A stretch of DNA of 64,000 nt from a virus: IMG/VR virus record IMGVR_UViG_3300035670_012130, positions 32,001 to 96,000 of that record; one strand, given 5' to 3'. Position numbers and translations under genes: made by a program. Under the pieces are notes generated by a model that was given only the letters and a program-made list of their open reading frames with translations, had not been told where the DNA came from and did not search any database. Below, in pieces: positions 60,601 to 64,000 of this stretch. Every line of letters starts with the position of its first letter. The stretch's first letter is position 1.

Positions 60601-61996
60601 AACAGACTATAATGTGCCTTTAAGAATTACTGGCGGAACAATCAATGCTAATACAAATTGGTACAAGTCCGAAGTCACTTTCAATGGTAATTTAGTTGAT
60701 AGATTTGTAAGCACCACATTCTTCAAATCTATAACAGTTGGAGAAATATCAAGCTTTGTATCATCGACAAAGCCAAAGTTATTTGAATTCAAATTACATT
60801 GGAATGGAAACGATAAATCTTTCCCAATGGAAGAACTAAAAATAAGATTCTTTGGTAATATTGGGTCATTACCAGATTACAACAATCCATTAACATCTTG
60901 GAAATCTGTTTCTTACAATCCTTTCGTTGCAGGTTTCACTAATAGTCCAAATAATAATTTGGTTCAAGTTAAATTAGAGGACTCAGATTGGAATAGTAAT
61001 GTATCTCAATCTGATATTGTTTGGGTAGCAATTACAGTTCCATTTAATTCAGCACTTGGAAGAGCTAATGGCATAGAACTTTCTGATGTAGATTATATCC
61101 AAAATGGTGAATTTTCAGGATATAGAAGAGCAAATAATCTATGGCATAAACTTCACACAAGATATGAAGAAAAAGCAGCAAATGCCACACAAAACAATGC
61201 TATTCAATATAGAGTTAGAGCTTTGTCTCACGGAAATATCTCAAGCTATCCAACTACATTGAGCACTCCATCAAGAATAGATATCAACGCCCCATCATAT
61301 CTTGGGGATGTGCCTAACATTTTAGTTGCCACAGAATCTACTTTGAGAATGGTGCAATTATCAATACAAGCAGAAGATAGTGATTCTGGAATTCTAGCGT
61401 TTAGAGTTGGAAAAGAAATAGACAATTCTTTTATCAATTACACACCTTGGCTTCCTTGGGGCAAATTTATAGTTAGCGGTGAGAATGAATATTATTTATA
61501 TCTCTATGGTCATTTAAACTACTATGCTTTAGGTCCACAAAACACAGCTTTTCAAAATCAAAATATTGGATTTTCTGGTCAAAGAAAAATCTGGGTTCAA
61601 TTGATGGACTATATGGGCAATGTTTCTGAATCAAACCCTATTAGTTTTGTTGCTACTTCTCAAGCTTTAGTAGATACACAAGAGCCTTTTGGAACTGTTG
61701 CTTTCTTTGATCCTAAAACAAATCAAGAAACCACAATATCTAACTTGCCCGAATCTTGGATGAAAATTGATGGTTTTGATTTAGTCACTGGTATTAAGGA
61801 TTTTCAAATAAGAAGATTGTTAGACTCTGGAAATGGCTCTTGGTCAGAATGGATACCTTATTCTCCATATGTAAAGGTTAATTTTACAGGCGAAAGTGAT
61901 GGAGTTAAGAAAGTTGAAATTAAATTCAGAGACTTTGGAAATAATATAACTCAACCTGAAGTTAAGTGGAATGCAATTAGGAGACCAAAAGTATAA
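57644..61996 (+). CDS. Large virion structural/fibre protein
   Basis: Two copies of the fibre-associated motif (ILVAGQATTSQNGVY; ILVKDQIENTENGVY); C-terminal Ig-like W..W.PY...GVKKVEIKFRD.GN. Confidence 0.6.
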   Translation: MPYNVSIILPNNLTSGYLQSEFINLGEPYSSNSYSKDPTLDDNQNTLTFSFEVRDSGTRELTYLRRIKTLYLSNDPEFDPTSTIAITNWPSSSYVYDPDFDYEYTLNPLYFFDSTLTQGTMATPVAGTGLFKVYNWPLSASGGLSTVYMKAVLEGPNSSDIEYPMGYGIFDQIRWEGQIPVNPDFPEIPSAKSGYVGKNTLLSFVSGNQVAAQTESSGIGRYIASVYEISNTGGTYDAYSAHNNVKRTLIPSASIASTTLSTYRYYDGNYSSSSLSLGANIGLTSASYGKGAFFYSKTKLTPNTNNTDFYTQAGFSFTTSGVAVTSQAFMKLYAAPDTSANGNEIVCRIDIPNNSNPTTYLYTRINGTDSVSKQTTTLPHSVLPLLQSGGVMEMYYSSMGTTNLCMVEAYYTPYLDQSLASKKSYLLGNAILTSFGSSSVGSAFGYQISQATGSTFSGGLVVEELFLAQGKSKLSIDIGDCTNDDIAIINSPVTEIEYGWSDSVNEDFIVLTDAPSALAFTTNITSELYEIDKLDSTGLYTVPLHYELQLYKPSLSNRCRFELAFKHGSDDMYVAFSSVSSFRSHTQNNLTVNWDRPFGVRCDDGFAYSDAPLNAPTILVKFSGEKNEISVAYRTEDNKLRRQVLRSYQPQTEVTKFLFEITDQLPTSYTGRYKNKTATGTYLLVKEITGSGINVVGVTDMLLPINSNTSNLGYFVGFGVRKSSYDSDGSTYFQDLKWSGIPNVYKEQFDNDSTIKTTLLSDEGFTNSKHYLGQKLLSGLTDLIDYQYETANTLPKLTLDAQHYSFTALPNSPTYSSNRLTAGTAGTLLLNENYVTSTTDYILVAGQATTSQNGVYYQTRVGTASTTWRLERVPEMDSSEEIFSGMVVRTPMDYDYASTKWYLTTPDPIVLGTSNLSFSATQPVVEQISLATTGTNISIANITSLTIDGTSLSSLAVGSKILVKDQIENTENGVYIKSVSGFAITTTDYNVPLRITGGTINANTNWYKSEVTFNGNLVDRFVSTTFFKSITVGEISSFVSSTKPKLFEFKLHWNGNDKSFPMEELKIRFFGNIGSLPDYNNPLTSWKSVSYNPFVAGFTNSPNNNLVQVKLEDSDWNSNVSQSDIVWVAITVPFNSALGRANGIELSDVDYIQNGEFSGYRRANNLWHKLHTRYEEKAANATQNNAIQYRVRALSHGNISSYPTTLSTPSRIDINAPSYLGDVPNILVATESTLRMVQLSIQAEDSDSGILAFRVGKEIDNSFINYTPWLPWGKFIVSGENEYYLYLYGHLNYYALGPQNTAFQNQNIGFSGQRKIWVQLMDYMGNVSESNPISFVATSQALVDTQEPFGTVAFFDPKTNQETTISNLPESWMKIDGFDLVTGIKDFQIRRLLDSGNGSWSEWIPYSPYVKVNFTGESDGVKKVEIKFRDFGNNITQPEVKWNAIRRPKV

Positions 61997-64000
61997 TGGT
62001 GCCAACAATTTTTACAGCTAGTTGTTCTTGGAAAGGTCCTAACGATAGCGAAAAAATATTATACTTTTCTGGTATCACAAAGAAAAGATTTACTAACATA
62101 TCTTTAGTTGATAGTTTAGATCCTGCTTATGCTGCTGGAACTGCTTTTAAATTAGTTGGCACCAATCCAGAAGATTTAGGAAGAGTCTATAAAGTAAATT
62201 CACAAGATGAACTTACTGTAAACTCTTCTGTAAATTATGGCGTTGATGATTACAAGAACTATCTTATTTTTGAAACTCCAATCACTGCTTCAACTATCAA
62301 TGTGGTTTTAGAAAAATATTATGCTTCAATTCACACAGCTAATCTTGTGTCATTTGAGAAGATAATTGATTTTTCTAATCAAGGTGAAAGAGCAATCACA
62401 TCAATGGTTGCTTCTGATGATGGTATTTATTTAGCTGGTGTGTCAGGAAAAATTTGGTTCTATAATGGTGAATATATTAGTGGGCCAATTTTTATTCTTC
62501 AAGAAAACAGTGTAAATTTATCTGCTTCTACGATGATTACACACAAATTTGAACACGAAACTGAGCCTTATTTGTATGTTGCTTCTGACCAACTACCAAG
62601 ATTGTTTAGAGCAAAATTAAGTACAGCATATAGTGGCAGTCAATGGGAACAGGTATATCCTTTTGGAGAATTAGCTGCAGCATCTGGTGGAATTCTTTCA
62701 ATGGTTTCTGCTTATAATAAATTGTTTTTGGGAAGCTTTAATAAAAAAGTACACAGATATTCCAGAACTCTCACACTCTCATTATCAGAACCAACAAATT
62801 TAATCACAGAAGAAGTGATTGTCAAAGAAACTGAAACTGAAACTTTAGAAACTTCAACAATTATTTCGAACAACATCACTGATTATGAAGCTTCTGATTT
62901 TGGGATTAGATGTTTAGCAGTGGGCAAGAATCAAGTTTTAGCTGGTATTGATAAGAAGCCAGAAGTTTGGGCATACAGTGAAATACCATTATCAAACCCA
63001 GAAACTGATGAAAGTTGGACTTCGATCGTATTTGACGAATTGTTTATGAACGATCCAGCTCCAGCACAGTTTTATTCATATGATAGCAACACCTTGTCAA
63101 GAAATGATGATAATGTTGGTATTGCTAGATTTCCAAAAGAAAACAATCATCAACAATATAATGAATTTCTTGTCATCAAGGGTAATACAGTTTCTTCCAC
63201 TGGTGCTACTGCTTATGGCTCAAGACTTTATGAAATTTCTGAAGGTTCTGATTGGGAACAACTCTTACGTGAAAATTTACCAAGTCAAGATTTTATCAAT
63301 GTAAAATGTGCATCTTGGGAAGCGATATCAAGTTGGAATAATTTTACTTCTCTTGATGGACATGATTTGGTAATTAATGACTTGTTCTTACTTAAAGATC
63401 AAACAGTATCTGGTACTAATGGAATTTACAATGGTATTTATGTTTACAATGGAGTTAACAACACTCCGTCGTTAGTAAATATTACTCAGTATATTGTTTC
63501 AGGAAGTTCAGTTTTAGGATTTTATATAGAAACAGGATATATAAATACAGGCAATAGATATTTATTGAATTATTCTAACTATTTATCATCTGGTAATTTT
63601 GTAGTGAATAAGCCTAGCTACACTTTTGAAGCTAAAGTTATAAACTTAAATACAAGTCAAGCAGCAACATCTTCTGATTTGCGAAACGAAACAACCTTAA
63701 ATAGTTTAGAACAAATTCCCATAAATTCTCTCGCTGGTTATCAAGGTTTTCAAATAGCAGATCTTTATGGTCAATATTCTATAGAATTCAATTCCACAAC
63801 ATTGAAATTATCTAGTGGTATGAATTCTGTGGAAAAAACTTTGACAACTACAGGTTTAGTGGCGGATTGGCAATTTTACTCTGTCAATAATGGAACAATT
63901 TCTTCAGACGAACAATCTTGGACAATTGGTAAATTCATTACAGAACTAACAGCAACAACAGAAACTAATTATGATATTTTCAATGACCCTTATGATAAAT
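61996..64000 (+). CDS. Large virion structural protein with beta-propeller-like repeats, runs off the window (not in ORF track)
   Basis: TAATG-coupled ATG at 61996; reads MVPTIFTASCSWKGPND..., ITSMVASDDGIYLAG, ILSMVSAYNKLFLG, LLKDQTVSGTNGIYNGIY. Confidence 0.75.
   Translation, partial: MVPTIFTASCSWKGPNDSEKILYFSGITKKRFTNISLVDSLDPAYAAGTAFKLVGTNPEDLGRVYKVNSQDELTVNSSVNYGVDDYKNYLIFETPITASTINVVLEKYYASIHTANLVSFEKIIDFSNQGERAITSMVASDDGIYLAGVSGKIWFYNGEYISGPIFILQENSVNLSASTMITHKFEHETEPYLYVASDQLPRLFRAKLSTAYSGSQWEQVYPFGELAAASGGILSMVSAYNKLFLGSFNKKVHRYSRTLTLSLSEPTNLITEEVIVKETETETLETSTIISNNITDYEASDFGIRCLAVGKNQVLAGIDKKPEVWAYSEIPLSNPETDESWTSIVFDELFMNDPAPAQFYSYDSNTLSRNDDNVGIARFPKENNHQQYNEFLVIKGNTVSSTGATAYGSRLYEISEGSDWEQLLRENLPSQDFINVKCASWEAISSWNNFTSLDGHDLVINDLFLLKDQTVSGTNGIYNGIYVYNGVNNTPSLVNITQYIVSGSSVLGFYIETGYINTGNRYLLNYSNYLSSGNFVVNKPSYTFEAKVINLNTSQAATSSDLRNETTLNSLEQIPINSLAGYQGFQIADLYGQYSIEFNSTTLKLSSGMNSVEKTLTTTGLVADWQFYSVNNGTISSDEQSWTIGKFITELTATTETNYDIFNDPYDK

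Noticed and set aside
1638-63304. Short ORF-track entries overlapping long genes (e.g. 1638-1841, 3963-4250, 21143-21463, 29020-29361, 37569-37922, 44747-45049, 63080-63304)
   Set aside because: Antisense or alternate-frame shadows of well-supported genes with no recognisable motifs; 63080-63304 lies inside the real ORF starting at 61996
1-64000. Stop-codon recoding (TAG or TGA reassigned)
   Set aside because: ORFs up to 10 kb are open in code 11, and TAG (18330, 27128, 28337, 28890, 30638) and TGA end genes at sensible boundaries
39420-64000. Diversity-generating retroelement targeting fibre tips
   Set aside because: No reverse transcriptase and no adenine-variant TR/VR repeat pair was seen in this window
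1-64000. CRISPR array, tRNA/rRNA, integrase, transposase, intron or intein
   Set aside because: Intergenic gaps are all under about 120 bp, with no repeat-spacer pattern or cloverleaf, and no such protein motifs were recognised
1-64000. Eukaryotic giant virus (NCLDV) origin suggested by sugar genes and AT-richness
   Set aside because: Mu gp36-like adaptor, tube- and hub-like genes, SD sequences, overlapping operonic genes and an intrinsic terminator indicate a prokaryotic tailed virus

Overview
AT-rich (roughly 30% GC by eye), densely coding 64-kb fragment that looks like part of a large tailed (jumbo-type) bacteriophage genome using standard genetic code 11. It has three blocks. (1) ~1-14.6 kb is a nucleotide-sugar/glycan cluster: HldE-type sugar kinase, RmlC epimerase, ColD-type 3-dehydratase, two different two-gene TPP enzyme systems, RmlB plus five other extended SDRs, an FkbM methyltransferase and three paralogous GT-A-like proteins. 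(2) 14.6-31.8 kb on the minus strand is a tail/neck module: two tail-tube-like paralogs, PA14-containing virion proteins, a Mu gp36-like adaptor, a degenerate PHP protein and zinc ribbons. (3) 31.8-64 kb on the plus strand holds giant virion proteins: a helical protein with two hydrophobic segments, an Asn-rich 1306-aa protein, a 3461-aa protein with 14 PKD repeats plus RCC1 repeats, a baseplate hub-like protein and fibre-like proteins. The best candidate for a new system is a phage-encoded pathway that makes branched-chain deoxysugars and transfers them to a phage target. Supporting features are an active/dead glycosyltransferase pair, a shared C-terminal LSFSL tag on the methyltransferase and one transferase, and recurrent G-x-G-x-[ST] motifs in adjacent structural proteins. 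Other notable patterns are a set of leaderless -10-box promoters and a recurring K-x-A-[QSD] motif that may be a processing signal. All family calls come from motif recognition by eye; no searches were run.
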